From: Eledone cirrhosa | Lineage: Eukaryota | Assembly: GCA_964016885.1 (NCBI GenBank) | Contig: OZ024745.1 | Span: forward strand, 28,024,001 to 28,088,000 | DNA length: 64,000 nucleotides | Reading direction: 5' to 3' | Shown: positions 42,232-55,287 of the stretch, one piece after another | Layout of the letters: each line of letters starts with the position of its first letter | How positions within the stretch are numbered: position 1 is the stretch's first letter | Made by a program: the position numbers and the translations under genes | Notes under the pieces: generated by a model | The model's input: the letters and a program-made list of their open reading frames with translations, nothing else | The model's database searches: none | What the model was told of the DNA's origin: nothing

Positions 42232-44634
42232 ATGGATTATTACAACATAACCAATTCAACTAAAGACATTCCTATACCTGGTAAATCTGAATTCACCAAA
42301 CTTCTTATTGAAAAAACTGACTCTTTCGTAAGAAGACTTAGATGGACAGCCTATTTCTATGACCAGCGCCTAAAAGGGAACTTCCATACCAAAGAACATA
42401 ACTTCCTCGATCATCTATTTAATTCTAGACGAAATCCTCCTTCCAACAAAAATCTAGTACAATTCGAGGAAGAATTAACTAAAATAATAAAAAATCTTAA
42501 ATTCAAGAGATACCCTTACAAAGGACAAGAGCACCTTGTAAATCTCAAGAACACAATTTCTAACCTAAATTCCTCAAAATATGTTTTAGTCCACTCTGAC
42601 AAAACCAATAACTTATATGGTATTTCCAAGGATAATTATAACAACCTTATCCTGAAGGAACTTAGGAAAAAGTATCGTAAAACCAACCATGAAAATTTAG
42701 AATACATAAACCTTGAAGCCTCTGAGATTATGTCAAAACTTGGCATTGAAAAAAAGACCGAACCATTCCTCCCAAGAACTCCGAGGATAAATCTCAAGGA
42801 TCACAAAAACAATTTTCGCACTGAACTACCTGTTAGATTAATCGCCTCCTCTAAATCTGATCTGGGGGTTGTTAGTAAAGCCATCTTGGATAGAATTATC
42901 CCACAGGTTAGTTCTAATTGCTCTTCTTTGAACCTAAATTTATGGTTTGGTACTTCTGAAGTGATTGGCTGGTTCAACAAATTGGATAATAAAAACAAAC
43001 TAAAATTTATTCAATTTGATATTGCCAGCTACTATTCCTCCATTTCGCCTTCACTTCTCAATAATGCTCTATCTTTCGCACTTAAATATTCTGACATCAC
43101 CACAGATGAACTTCACATCATCCTCACGGCACGTAAAACCATCCTAGAGTTCAACAACGAATATTGGACCAGAGCCGATACCTCTAACAACTTCGACATC
43201 ACAATGGGAGCATCCGATTCATCCCAATTGACTGATTTAATTGGTATCTTTATTTTGAACTCTTTGAGTCGGAAAATTCCTCAACTTCGCGGTGGAATTT
43301 ATCGTGATGATGGACTCTTTACTATCTTAAATTGCAATATAGTTAACCTTAATATTATTAAGAACAATATACGTAATCTCTTTAACCAACATAACCTAAA
43401 AATTGAATTTGATAATAGTATCAAACTAGCTAATTTCTTGGATGTATCTCTTAATCTTGACACTGGCCTATATTACCCTTACCATAAAAACAATGAGAAC
43501 CTAAATTATGTTAACTTTAAATCTAACCATCCTACCAATATCAAGAATGCTATAGTTAGTAATATTGGAAAAAGAATATCTAACATATCTTCTAATAAAA
43601 ACATCTTTGATGCTAACGCCAATTACTATAATAACGCACTTTCTAAAGCCGGCTATCCAGATAAAATCAAATATAGTAAAGAAACAAATTCTAGAAAAAC
43701 TTACAGTAGAATAATTAATCATGATCATTCCAATAATTTTAATAAAAGACCTAGATACAAAAACATAATCTGGTATAATGCTCCTTTCTCCATCTCTATT
43801 AATAACAATATTCCTAAATTATTTTTTAGTGCCTTAAATAAATGCTTCCCTCCCTCACATATCTATAGTAAAATATTTAACAAACACACCATCAAATTTT
43901 CTTATTCTACATCCTCCAATATTTCCAACATCATCTCTAAACACAACAATAAAATACTAAATACTAAATCTCTTCCTTCCAACATTGAATTTCATAATAA
44001 CAGTAATAGTACTCCCGACGTCATTGTAAACCCTAGGCTAACTTCTGTAAACCCAAATACAACGTCAAACACAACTTCGCTAAATGTTCATAATCCAACT
44101 CTAAATCAAGAAACTATTATTCCTATTATTCCTATCGCAAACAACTTCTCCAATCCAATTCCTTCTATAGATAACACTAGGTCACTCATTAATAATCTCT
44201 CTAATTGCAACTGCCGCATTAAAAATAAATGTCCTCTCAACAACCATTGTCTTGATAAAAACTTAATTTATGAATGTAAAGTTATAACTAGCACCAATTC
44301 CTTCACCTATTTTGGCTCCACTTCCACCTCTTTTAAAGCTCGTCTCTATAATCACCATTCATCTTTTAAATACAAACTTAAAAGAACCAACACGGCTCTC
44401 TCAGAACTCATATGGTCCTTGAAAGACAAAAACATTAAATATACCATCTTTTGGAAGAAGGTTTCTTCTGCATCCTCATACTTGAACAGCTCTCTATCTA
44501 AAATCTGTAATCTCTGCCTAAATGAAAAATTTACCATTATCTCTAATCTAGATTCTATAATAAATAGACGTACAGATTTGTTTTCTATCTGCCTGCATAA
44601 ATTCCATAGGACTTTTCACAAAGTATACAGCTAA
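42232..44634 (+). CDS. PLE reverse transcriptase with C-terminal GIY-YIG endonuclease (800 aa from ATG 42232), uninterrupted
   Basis: STKDIPIP..RRLRW N-terminus; FIQFDIASYY, ITMGASDS, IYRDDGL, NFLDV; CNCRIKNKCPL finger; LIYEC..YFGST..KARLYNH..CNLCLNEK. Confidence 0.93.
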   Translation: MDYYNITNSTKDIPIPGKSEFTKLLIEKTDSFVRRLRWTAYFYDQRLKGNFHTKEHNFLDHLFNSRRNPPSNKNLVQFEEELTKIIKNLKFKRYPYKGQEHLVNLKNTISNLNSSKYVLVHSDKTNNLYGISKDNYNNLILKELRKKYRKTNHENLEYINLEASEIMSKLGIEKKTEPFLPRTPRINLKDHKNNFRTELPVRLIASSKSDLGVVSKAILDRIIPQVSSNCSSLNLNLWFGTSEVIGWFNKLDNKNKLKFIQFDIASYYSSISPSLLNNALSFALKYSDITTDELHIILTARKTILEFNNEYWTRADTSNNFDITMGASDSSQLTDLIGIFILNSLSRKIPQLRGGIYRDDGLFTILNCNIVNLNIIKNNIRNLFNQHNLKIEFDNSIKLANFLDVSLNLDTGLYYPYHKNNENLNYVNFKSNHPTNIKNAIVSNIGKRISNISSNKNIFDANANYYNNALSKAGYPDKIKYSKETNSRKTYSRIINHDHSNNFNKRPRYKNIIWYNAPFSISINNNIPKLFFSALNKCFPPSHIYSKIFNKHTIKFSYSTSSNISNIISKHNNKILNTKSLPSNIEFHNNSNSTPDVIVNPRLTSVNPNTTSNTTSLNVHNPTLNQETIIPIIPIANNFSNPIPSIDNTRSLINNLSNCNCRIKNKCPLNNHCLDKNLIYECKVITSTNSFTYFGSTSTSFKARLYNHHSSFKYKLKRTNTALSELIWSLKDKNIKYTIFWKKVSSASSYLNSSLSKICNLCLNEKFTIISNLDSIINRRTDLFSICLHKFHRTFHKVYS

Positions 44635-45820
44635 TATTCAATTCTTTATCAATTTAGAATCTTTTCTCAAAGGCACATATACATACACCTCTTTAAAATA
44701 TACCCATCTTCCTACCTTACTTCAAAGGGCATTATACACTCTATAATACTTGTTTACTCATTACCCTCATTCTATCTTCACCTTGTAAAATCCTTCATAA
44801 CATATACATTTTTTTTTTTGACGTTAGAATATTCATCCGCAATTATTATTATTTTTTCTCTCTATCATAAAACTTTTTAATCTCAATTTCATCCTTAATT
44901 TATTATTTTTTTCTCCCCATCAACGAACTCATTCTTAATACATATTAACTCTTTCTTCGCACATATTATCAACTCCTTCAATATACAAACCTTAACTTCA
45001 CATTATTTTTCTCAAATCATCTAATACACAAACCTTAATAATTTTTTAATACATATTAACTCTTTCTTCGCACATATTATCAATTCCTTCAATATACAAA
45101 CTTTAACTTCACATTATCTTTCTCAAATCCTTCTACACACAAACCTTAATAATTTTTTCTCTTCGTTAATTTTGAAATTGCCACAATACTTATCAACATA
45201 CACCTTTTTGACGTTAGAATATTCATCCGCAATTATTATTTTTTCTCTCTATCTTCATACATAAACTCCATTTCTTTCCTCGTACATATTTTTCCCTTCG
45301 TTAATTTTCAAATTCTTTTAATTTATACATTATCTTCCAACGGTTCTCAACCTCTCTATGTAAAACAATATATCTTTTCTCAGTTATAAAAACTATCTCT
45401 TTCTCTCTATCACCCATCTCTCCCTCTCCACCTTCACTCTCATCTCCTCCCCTTTTTTCATCCTTTCCACCCCCCCCCCCCTTCCTAAATAAAATATTTT
45501 TTCCTCGTACATATTTTTCCCTTCGTTAATTTTCAAATTCTTTTAATTTATACATTATCTTCCAACGGTTTTCAACCTCTCTATGTAAAACAATATATCT
45601 TCTCTCAGTTATAAAAACTATCTCTTTCTCTCTATCACCCATCTCTCCCTCTCCACCTTCACTCTCATCTCCTCCCCTTTTTCATCCTTTCCACCCACCC
45701 ACCCCTCTCTAAATAAAATATTTTTCCCAATATCACACATCAATCTAAAACCACTTTTCATATGTTGATTTAAAACTGCACTATCCACAAGTGTTTTTTA
45801 GCCTTCATATCATGTTCTTC

Positions 45821-45891
45821 TGTTTTATCTGATGAAAACACAAATATTATTGCATGATGATGTTTGTTTTTGAAATGCGCATAATAAAATA
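45821..45891 (+). ncRNA. Type I hammerhead ribozyme, 3' pLTR
   Basis: Identical to 41957-42027. Confidence 0.82.
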
Positions 45892-45921
45892 CATGGAACT
45901 CCTTTAACCATCTTTTGATCT

Positions 45922-46010
<89 letters not shown>

Positions 46011-46013
<3 letters not shown>

Positions 46014-47145
46014 GTAGAACACTGGAAGGTAATATCCGTAGTAGTAGAGCACTCAGTCCATGGGACGAGTTAGGTAGAAGTGGTTACACAACAGTTAGTT
46101 CACCATACCGAGAACAATTGTTTCATCTTAGCGGATCCTCAGCTCGTAATAGACATGGTTATACGGAACAGGAAGGACAACCGTACGAACGCGCATACGC
46201 AGAAACGATCACTTCACACAGGCAATACTAAATTGCGTGAGAGAGGTGTAAGGGAGATAACTGCGAAAGTCCGAAAGTTTCTAGTTGATAAGAAAATTAG
46301 GATGTTGTTGTAATTCAATCCGGAGCTTTGTAGTCATGTACGAGGTGTGAAGAATTCATTTCTCGAGTTTAGGCAATCACTATTGCGTAATCTCTTTAGA
46401 ATATTTATTCGTTTATCAATACATAGTCCACATGACGGATTGCCCCTTGCGTATGGCTTGGACTTAGTGATAGCTTTCCATTGAATGGAGTAGTCTATAC
46501 TTGAGTCCTTGAGGGACCATATGTCGCTCGCGAGTTTCGTGGATGAACATCTGACCGGGTACCTAAAGGTCGACTGGTGGTTCAGGAAGGGTTCCTTAAA
46601 TCGGCCCTCCGCCATACACACAGAGGATTTGACTTCCTGTGGTTGATTTGGTCGGTTGGAAGTGACCACAGCTTCATAAACTACAGCGGGTGTGTTGCAG
46701 AGCTATTGAAGGGGACAAGCTTCGGGCTTACGGCAAGAGCACCCTGGTGGGTGTTGCTCTTAGGGCTGTTGGTGGTGTGGGCCTTCATGTTCTTAGCGCA
46801 TGAGTATCCTAGTTTTACTTTGTGTCGGTTAAAGATGGAGCGGTATTTATGACCTATGGGATATGTCTATCTAAGAGGGCTAGAAATGTTTGCCTACATT
46901 GGTTTTAACGTTGGGTGAGAAGGGAGGAGAGAACCGGATAGTTTGTCTATTGTTACGCTTTCTTTTCTTATTGGTGTTGTCGTTAATGGGAGAGTAAGTG
47001 ATAGGTTGCGAGAAGCCGCTGTTAGCTAACGCCGTGTTATAGTAGGGTGCCACTCTGTCAAATATAGCGTTATTTAGAGGAGCGGTTTGAGATTCTAGTA
47101 CTGATATTATTTACGAAGTTTCTAAAAACAATGGGATGGTGGCAT
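46011..47145 (-). pseudogene. 5'-truncated, decayed second Naiad PLE, tail-to-tail with the intact one
   Basis: SHHP..NNISTRISNRSS, YYNTALANSG, PPFSPNVKTNVG, IFNRHKVKLGYSC, TKLASDIWSLKD, CGLC..LNSRNEF. Confidence 0.85.
46109..46146 (-). ncRNA. Minimal type I hammerhead in the 3' end of the second Naiad
   Basis: cgag-CUGAGGA-tc[cgctaa]ga-t-GAAA-caattg(palindrome)-UU-ctcg. Confidence 0.75.
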
Positions 47146-47164
47146 GAGTCCATACATATATATG

Positions 47165-47288
<124 letters not shown>

Positions 47289-47891
47289 TGTGTGTGTGTG
47301 TGTGTGTGTACATATATATGTGTGTGTGTGTGAATATATATATATATATATATCACCGTGCAAAATACTAGTTACCTGCCCAGGAAATCATTTTGGAATG
47401 TTCTCTACGCTATGTTAAAATAACATTTGACAGAAGGGCAGATATTACAGGTCAAACCGGAAGAAATCTTTAAAATAGCATCGAACAAATCCCATTAAAG
47501 TAACTCAACTAATTAAAAAAATTAGGAGTAGAAACATACTATATTTAGGTTTAATCGATACATATAAAATATATATCGATTATGTTTAATGATGAATGAA
47601 GTCTTGGTCTTCATGAAACAGGTCTGTATAAGGAATTATGAGCTATATTACCATCTTGAAGAAAGTATATTTACTTAAACATTAATTGCTCGGTATGTCT
47701 ATAAAATACTTGTAGATTCTCAATGGATATATCTTTTTTTACTATATATATAGTTTAAACTTGTTGCTCTGAACTAATGTTCTGGAACCTTTTTATTGAG
47801 AAACATAATCGATATGTATTTTATTTGTATCGATTAAACCTAAATATAGTATATATATATATACAGTATATATATATATATATATATATTC

Positions 47892-47987
<96 letters not shown>

Positions 47988-48829
47988 CTGATTGATAATA
48001 AGCCATAAGATCATTTGAAATATTAATATCTTAACATATCAATAAATAAATGATGAAAGGTTAACTGTAGACGGCGGCCTAAATGCCATTCAATATTTAG
48101 TTTCAATCGTTTACGTTCTGAAATCCAACTTGGGTTCATAATAATCCTCGCCAGTAATATATTTGAGTTTATAAAAACGATTATACATATAACACGCATG
48201 CACACACACACACAAGCACACAGCACCACACACACACACATACACACCCACGAGTACAACACACACACTCTCTCACACACACGCACATACACACACACAG
48301 AGCACAACACACACAAGCACACAGCACCATACACACGCATACACACACACAGCACAACACACACACGCATATACATCTCCACACATATACACACAGCACA
48401 ACACACACACACACACACTCACATACACACAAATGTGTCTAGTTCAAAGAAATCTAGTGAGCTACCGTTACAGAATTTTCCCATATAGTTTTTTATTAAC
48501 CAGATTTAAGTTAGGAAAAAAAACTAGAAAAGACATAAGCGGCGTCAAAAACATTAGACTTGTACGAGTTGCTATAAAAGGAAATTCACCATTGTAGTTA
48601 TTTTAGTTTGTAAATACGAACAAAACAGAGTAATCTTGTTCATTATAGTTTAATATAAGAACTACACATCAAAGGATTCAACTAGAAACCACGGTAACGG
48701 ATTGATATGGAACGTTTAAAGAGAAATAGTTTTTGAATGAATTTAGAATGGTTAAAAGTGAGTAATGTTATTTATTTATAGGCGAGCCACGAGCAAATAT
48801 TTACATGGATACAGAGAAGTTATGTACAC

Positions 48830-48964
<135 letters not shown>

Positions 48965-48998
48965 CACGCATCCGTGATGGTTCCACAACCTATAACCA

Positions 48999-49102
<104 letters not shown>

Positions 49103-49299
49103 GTGCGTGTGTGTGCGTGTGTGTGCGTGTGTGTGCGTGTCTGTGTGCGTATGTGTATATACGAAAGGTATGTGTATCTCAATGAAGCTATAACAATGTG
49201 ACGCGACATGAATAATGAGATTTCATGGATTAAAATGATCAAGCTGGAGAAGGTTCAACTCACCGAATGATGTGCTAAAAGTGAACCTCGACAAAGCCA

Positions 49300-49730
49300 C
49301 TCGCGCAAACCTCTACGTCGGTACGGTTCTACCTGAAATGTAAGTGAAACGTGGGCGACGACGAAGTGGGAGGAACAGCGGTTAATAACTTAATAACGGT
49401 GTAAAGAGTCATGGAAAGGTTGATGCCGGGAATCCCCGGAAACGAGCAGATCAGTGAAAGAACCTGAGTGAAGGATGTTATCACCAAGTAACATCTGAAC
49501 AAAGTCAGATGAGCCGGACATGTCGTACGGTTCACTGATAATTGGTGGACTGGTGCAGTTGTCGAGTGGTACCTGCACAAATGGAACTCTCCACTCAGAT
49601 GGATTGAGATATAAAGAGAATAATGGATCCACAATGGTGGATAAGGGCGAGATAAAAAATGGAATGGATGGAATGCTGTAGCCAACAGATTCAAAGCGTC
49701 ATCCGACAGTCAAGCCGGTCAAGGAGATCA
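49300..49730 (+). mobile_element. Decayed RTE-like LINE 3' fragment
   Basis: Remnant of VKDVI...(W)AGHVVRFTDNWWT..VVEWY. Confidence 0.5.
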
Positions 49731-49824
49731 AGGTGATATACGCGAAAAGTAAACGGAAAACAACAAAGCAAATAATACAGTATAATGAAGATATATATAT
49801 ATTAGTATAACGCATGAAAGAGAG

Positions 49825-49860
49825 TGTTAACGTTTCAGACAATAGTCTTTCATCAGAAGA
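49825..49860 (-). ncRNA. Minimal hammerhead (family of 11989-12024)
   Basis: CUGAUGA-a-agac[tatt]gtct-GAAA-cg-UU. Stem II covaries with the 11989 copy (ggac/gtcc versus agac/gtct). Confidence 0.68.
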
Positions 49861-49982
49861 TAAAATGAGAAATAAAGTAAGAAATAGAAAAATAGATGTG
49901 TGAGAAGAGGAAGAAACGAAAAAAAACTGTTTCTGAAGAAAGTCACATGTGTGTTCAGTCAATCATATTATGTATATATATA

Positions 49983-50031
<49 letters not shown>

Positions 50032-51159
50032 ACAACGAGCATATAAACGCATGCATATATGCGTGCGTGTCAGTTGTTCATAATGAAAAATTAGTATCAG
50101 ATTAGCGACTAGGTCTCATCCATTTACGGTTAAAATTTCTAAAGGTAATCGCAAATTTTATTCTGATAGTTTCTTCCCTCATACATCTCGCCTTTGGAAT
50201 TCTCTGCGGGTTCCTTGCTTTCCTTGCCACTACAGTTTGTAAAAGTTCAAACGTAACATCAATTGTCAACTTCTCTCTCTTTGAATTATGTTCTCTGTAT
50301 CTTGTCCTTTTCCTTTTTTAGTAAGCCTTTTAATGGCTTTATTGTGTTGTTTGGGGTGAGGAAATCAAACTAGCAAGCTAATGGCATATGACCTACGTGT
50401 GTTATTTTTTATCAATTGAATAAATTCCTTTTTTAGACGCAAAAGTGTTTTGTAGGGGGCTGTAATTGAACCAGAAGTTTATATATGAACTTCATTATAC
50501 TTAATGATGAACAATCTAGAAGCTATTTACCCCGGCCGAAGGACCTCTCGTGATTTCTAGTTCACTCACTAAACTATCTCCAAACACGCACCCAGTAAAG
50601 AATTAATAAAATTATATCAAGCACTTAAAAAAGAATTATTTTAAATTCATGTGGAAATATATATTTGAAGTTAAATATCTATATATTTGGATTAACGCTA
50701 AAGAACGTAAATACCACTTTTTTTACATTTCGTTTCATTCTCGCATATTTTATCTCGGTTACTCGGAAATTAACATAACGCTTTCCAGTTTTATTGTCTG
50801 TACTCAACAATAATTATCTCAGCTTGAATATTCTGCCGTTGCTCTGTATTCATATTATGTTCGAACTAACTTAGAATTATTTTCTATTAAGGAGATTAAA
50901 TATTTTCAGCTATAAGATTCTTTATTTCATATCTATATTTTTTTTCAAATTTCCATCAAGAAAGCCTCCATTTCTAACGAATAATTAATATTTATCCTCA
51001 TTGAATATAAATTGTTTCCATCCTATCCTTATAACTTGGTCTAGTTGCATCTGTTTGAGCCACCTTAATTTCTTGTTAAAGTGCTTGTCACATTCTTGAA
51101 CAATGTACTTTTCTTCAAGACATATAAGGTTTATAAATATTAATTTTTACAACACTTCA

Positions 51160-51470
51160 TCCACCGTATGCAGTTCTCTGGTTACAATCAGCGAGATAAA
51201 ATCAGAGTATATGGAGGAGCCAGAACCAAATGGGAAAAAATGGTAAATAATGATACAAATAGGACCTGCCCCTTGTATAGGAGCAAATTTTGGAATAGAA
51301 TAAAAAGAACTAGGAATAAGGTTAATAGAATAAACTCATGGTATGATAGCAATAAATACCAGAGTGTAATATTCATCAATACAACCCCTAGACGTGAATT
51401 AGCTTACAAATTTAGAAGGGCCCTAGATAAACATAAACTTAATATTAAGATAGTAGAAAGTGTTTTTATG
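51160..51470 (+). pseudogene. PLE RT thumb/linker fragment
   Basis: RMQFSGY...CPLYRSKFW...VIFINTTP..EL...IKIVE pattern. Confidence 0.6.
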
Positions 51471-51477
51471 GAGGTAC

Positions 51478-51827
51478 CTGGTGTAATTCCTAAAAGGTTT
51501 ATTATACTATGAACATTTCAATGACCGGATTCAGTATGAATCCGTTGACATCATCAGGTATTCGAAATTTAACAAAGGAGTATAGTAGACACAATCCAAG
51601 GGGCTGAAAAAGCAAAGAGACGAGAAGGCGGCCAAAAACCTTGAAGGCGGGCAAACGGACTGACAACTGCTAATTTTTTGGCCGCCTTCTCGTCACTTTG
51701 CCTTTTCAGCCCCATGGATTGTGTCTATTATACTCCTTTGTTAAATTTCGATGATGTCACCGGATTCATACTGAACCCGGTCATTGAAATGTTCATAGTA
51801 TAATAAACCTTTAAGGAATTACACCAG
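51478..51827. mobile_element. Fold-back pLTR pair (~160-bp arms) with a hammerhead at 51504-51561 (-)
   Basis: Arms 51478-51638 and 51675-51827. Minus strand reads atac-CUGAUGA-...cggattca[tac]tgaatccg..-GAAA-tgttca-UA-gtat. The right arm lacks 8 nt that include part of the core. Confidence 0.72.
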
Positions 51828-51989
51828 TCCAGTCTCCTGTTATTTTATAATAATCAACTCCGTACTCGCACCAACAACAACACAAACGAAGACGGGTGGG
51901 TTGCATTACGTCGAGTGCTCTCCCTAATATTACATCAAGGTTGACTATACGGAATGACCAGTTCTATCCAGTGGTGAACCAACAAACCA

Positions 51990-52170
51990 GTGGATTGGCA
52001 GTATCGGTAGAGAGTCGGACGCCATGCTTTCCAGCATAGTTACGTCCCTTTACGGTCTGAGTTCAAATCCCGCCGAGGTTACTTTGCCTTTCATTCTTAC
52101 GAGGTCGATAAAATAAAATACCAGTAATGTACTGGGTAATTGCTGTCCTTGTGCCAAAAGTAGAAACAAT

Positions 52171-52172
<2 letters not shown>
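51990..52172 (+). mobile_element. tRNA-derived Nin-domain SINE
   Basis: Close match to 27458-27646. Confidence 0.88.
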
Positions 52173-52219
<47 letters not shown>

Positions 52220-52271
52220 CCACTCGTACCTGTATACACACACGCACACACACATATGCGTCAGCTACCAT

Positions 52272-52334
<63 letters not shown>

Positions 52335-52869
52335 CCACTCGTACCTGTATACACACGCGCACACACACATATGCGTCAGCTACCAGTGAATGTCAACAAT
52401 TCAAAGTCAGGGAGGAAGAGAACATGTATAGATAACAGCTTCGGTATCTACTGCTTCTCTAAACTAACATTTACATATGTACATGTTAGGTGACTTCGTC
52501 AAACGTGGCTTCGGAGGAATTTGATTTCAGAGCACAGACTGCCGGAAGGAATACCACAGACGATTCTATCCAACGTTCTGACAACTCTGTCAATTCCTCG
52601 CCTCTTCGCTGGAGTTTACAAGAATGGAATAAGTCCATTGAGAATATATTCTGTAAAAGTAGTCAAACTGTGCAAAACATTTCTAGCATTCGGTGCATGG
52701 CATGTAACCCTTTAGATTTGTTGTCTAAATTCCAGCGAGCAAGCTTTGTTTCTTATTTAGAAACAGGCGGGGTGCAAAGAAGTAGGACATAAGGTCACAA
52801 TACATACATACATACATACATACATACATACATACATACATACATACATACATACATACATACATACAT

Positions 52870-53477
52870 GGTGGATGCCAACTCGTTTTCGAGTACGGCC
52901 ACTACTTTATATCCATGTAGGAGAACCCCTACCGATGCGCTGAACGAATGTCACTTTTTAGTCCAGCCAGCGACTTAAAAACTCTGGTACAAACACTACA
53001 CTTGTGACAATTATTGACACATAGTGCTGGGCCCATGGCACCATGTGACGACAAGTGCAGAGAGATCTCCATATATAAAGCAATGCCTGTGCGGTGAAGC
53101 TTTTATAGTGAGCAAAGGCACTGCACAAAGCCAGTCCCACTTTCTTAACCAAGATGATATTTACCAAAAAGAAGAACAAGTCAACATCATTGGATACCAT
53201 CAGGGTTGCAGGTGTTATATCAGAGTTTTCCTTCTCCTAGAATTCTGGCTTGACAAAGGCTAAGGGGTCATCTCTCCCGGTGATTTTGGATGGCCATTGA
53301 CTCTTAAGAGCTCCTTTGCCCTTTGATAGGTTCTGTTTTTAGTCCTGCAGGACGTCCAAAGTCACCCTCCTCACCAAGAAACCTTGGTGGGGTTGCCAGT
53401 TTAGTCGCCAACGACCCGACCACGAGACAGATTGTACTGGGATACATGTTACCAGTAGCACCAACTGGTGACCTGAC
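52870..53477 (-). mobile_element. Non-autonomous bipartite RTE-derived element embedded in (TATG)n
   Basis: RTE-type 5' UTR motif tagcctt..ggc..tctaggagaaggaaaactctga; no ORF; (CATA)n on both sides. Confidence 0.7.
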
Positions 53478-53883
53478 ATACATACATACATACATACATA
53501 CATACATACATACATACATACATACATACATACATACATACATACATACATACTTGATCATCTAGTTGATATTGTCTAAATTTCAATGAAAGAGCCTTGT
53601 TTGCAGATAGCTGAAGACAGGCTCTTTTTCTATTGGAGAGAAATGTAAAAAGTAATACCATCATAACATACATATTTATAATCTTAATGTAAGATATAAG
53701 GTCCATGCTGCTTTTTTACTTAAAAACTATTTTCAGCGATATTTATGCATAAGGAAGTTAGTCAGATATTGGTAATTTAATTCTCTTTAGTAGAAAGATG
53801 CGCAAACATAAGATGACGAATATTTACAGACAATTATGCTTATTAAAGTGTATGTGTTTCTCCACACTCTGGTAAGCATATAT

Positions 53884-53977
<94 letters not shown>

Positions 53978-55039
53978 TTCAGTTCTTTTTTTATTTCTAT
54001 CAAGCTTTCAAGATATTTTCTGAATAAAACTTAATCATATATTAGGATAGTAAAGACACGTAAAATTATATACAATGATACTGCCGCCATCACTCGTTAG
54101 TAAACTAAACAGTTGAAGTATGTATTCATCTCGATTCTTATAGGCAATTTATATCTGCAGTAAGGAAGAACGTAGTTTTGTTAAGCGTAAACATCATTTT
54201 CGTTTTCACTCAACTCTCGTCTATGGCAGATAATGAACGACCTCTCGTTTGATAACCACGATTAGATAGTTTCCATTGCTTGGTGATAGTTAGACTGTCA
54301 CATTGAAAATCAGACGATAGAAGGAGTATGGTGAAAACCAGTGCTATAGGGGGAAATTAAGATTAATTATGAAGACGTATCGTATCTAGTCATAAAGAAA
54401 AAGACAAGTTCAATTCTTAATAATATGGATTGTACGGATTTTAACGAAGGAAAATTGTACAAGAATATTTTTAGACTAGAAGTTTTACTAAGACCGACAG
54501 AATTATATGGGATACTAATTTGAAATATTATATAGAACTATAATTTATATTTTCTGTGAGTAGAAATTTCTTTAAAAGAAACTTAATACATAAATAAATT
54601 AGCATAGTTTGGGTGATTACTGATATTTTCATATCGTGATCTTGATTATATATATTGCATCGTTCACCAAACATCACCTTTTCAACAATATATGTGAAAG
54701 AGAAACCGAAAAATGCAGGTTATACATTCATTATTTTTTTTCCTTTTGTGATCAATGTGAAGGCACGTGACCTACTGGTTAGGGTGTTAGAAGTACAATT
54801 ATAATCCCTGAAGTGGGCGGTACATAGTTTTCTTGTTTTCGTACACGCATATTGAAGTTAAAGACCCCCTTCGGTCACGAATGACCACGAGTTTTATCAC
54901 TAGAAATTTCCTCTGCGAGACACATGACGGAGCACAATATCAGCAGTTACTCTCCATACCAGTCTCTCTTCTCCACGCCACCGATACAACTTGGCGCTAG
55001 TGTCGTTGGAATTCGTATATACACTAAATATGCAGTGTA

Positions 55040-55225
55040 TACACTCTGATGTTGTCTAACAGAAATGCAAAGACAGAAACAGCTTGACACTAGAGATGTC
55101 CCCATTCATTTCTGCAGCGGAATGACCTTCTCAAGGACACAAATCATCTTCCGGTCCGGAAATCGAACTCACAACCTCACGATTGGGAATCCAACGCTGT
55201 AACCATTAAGCAACGCATCTTCACA
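55040..55225 (-). mobile_element. tRNA-derived SINE (different family)
   Basis: Minus strand reads ttgcttaatggttacagcg...gtgagttcgatttccgg..tgtgtccttgag. Confidence 0.5.
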
Positions 55226-55287
55226 CGTGATATTGAAAATAGTATATTTTAAGAAGAGAACTTCAAAGCTACTGAACTTTATATATA

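Larger units (their letters stand above)
41648..45927 (+). mobile_element. Full-length Naiad-clade Penelope-like retroelement with direct pLTRs, inserted at (TA)n
   Basis: 41648-42064 is repeated at about 45521-45927, with an extra partial copy at 45296-45497. The ORF between them is intact, each pLTR has a hammerhead, and the 3' end runs into (TA)n. Confidence 0.92.
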
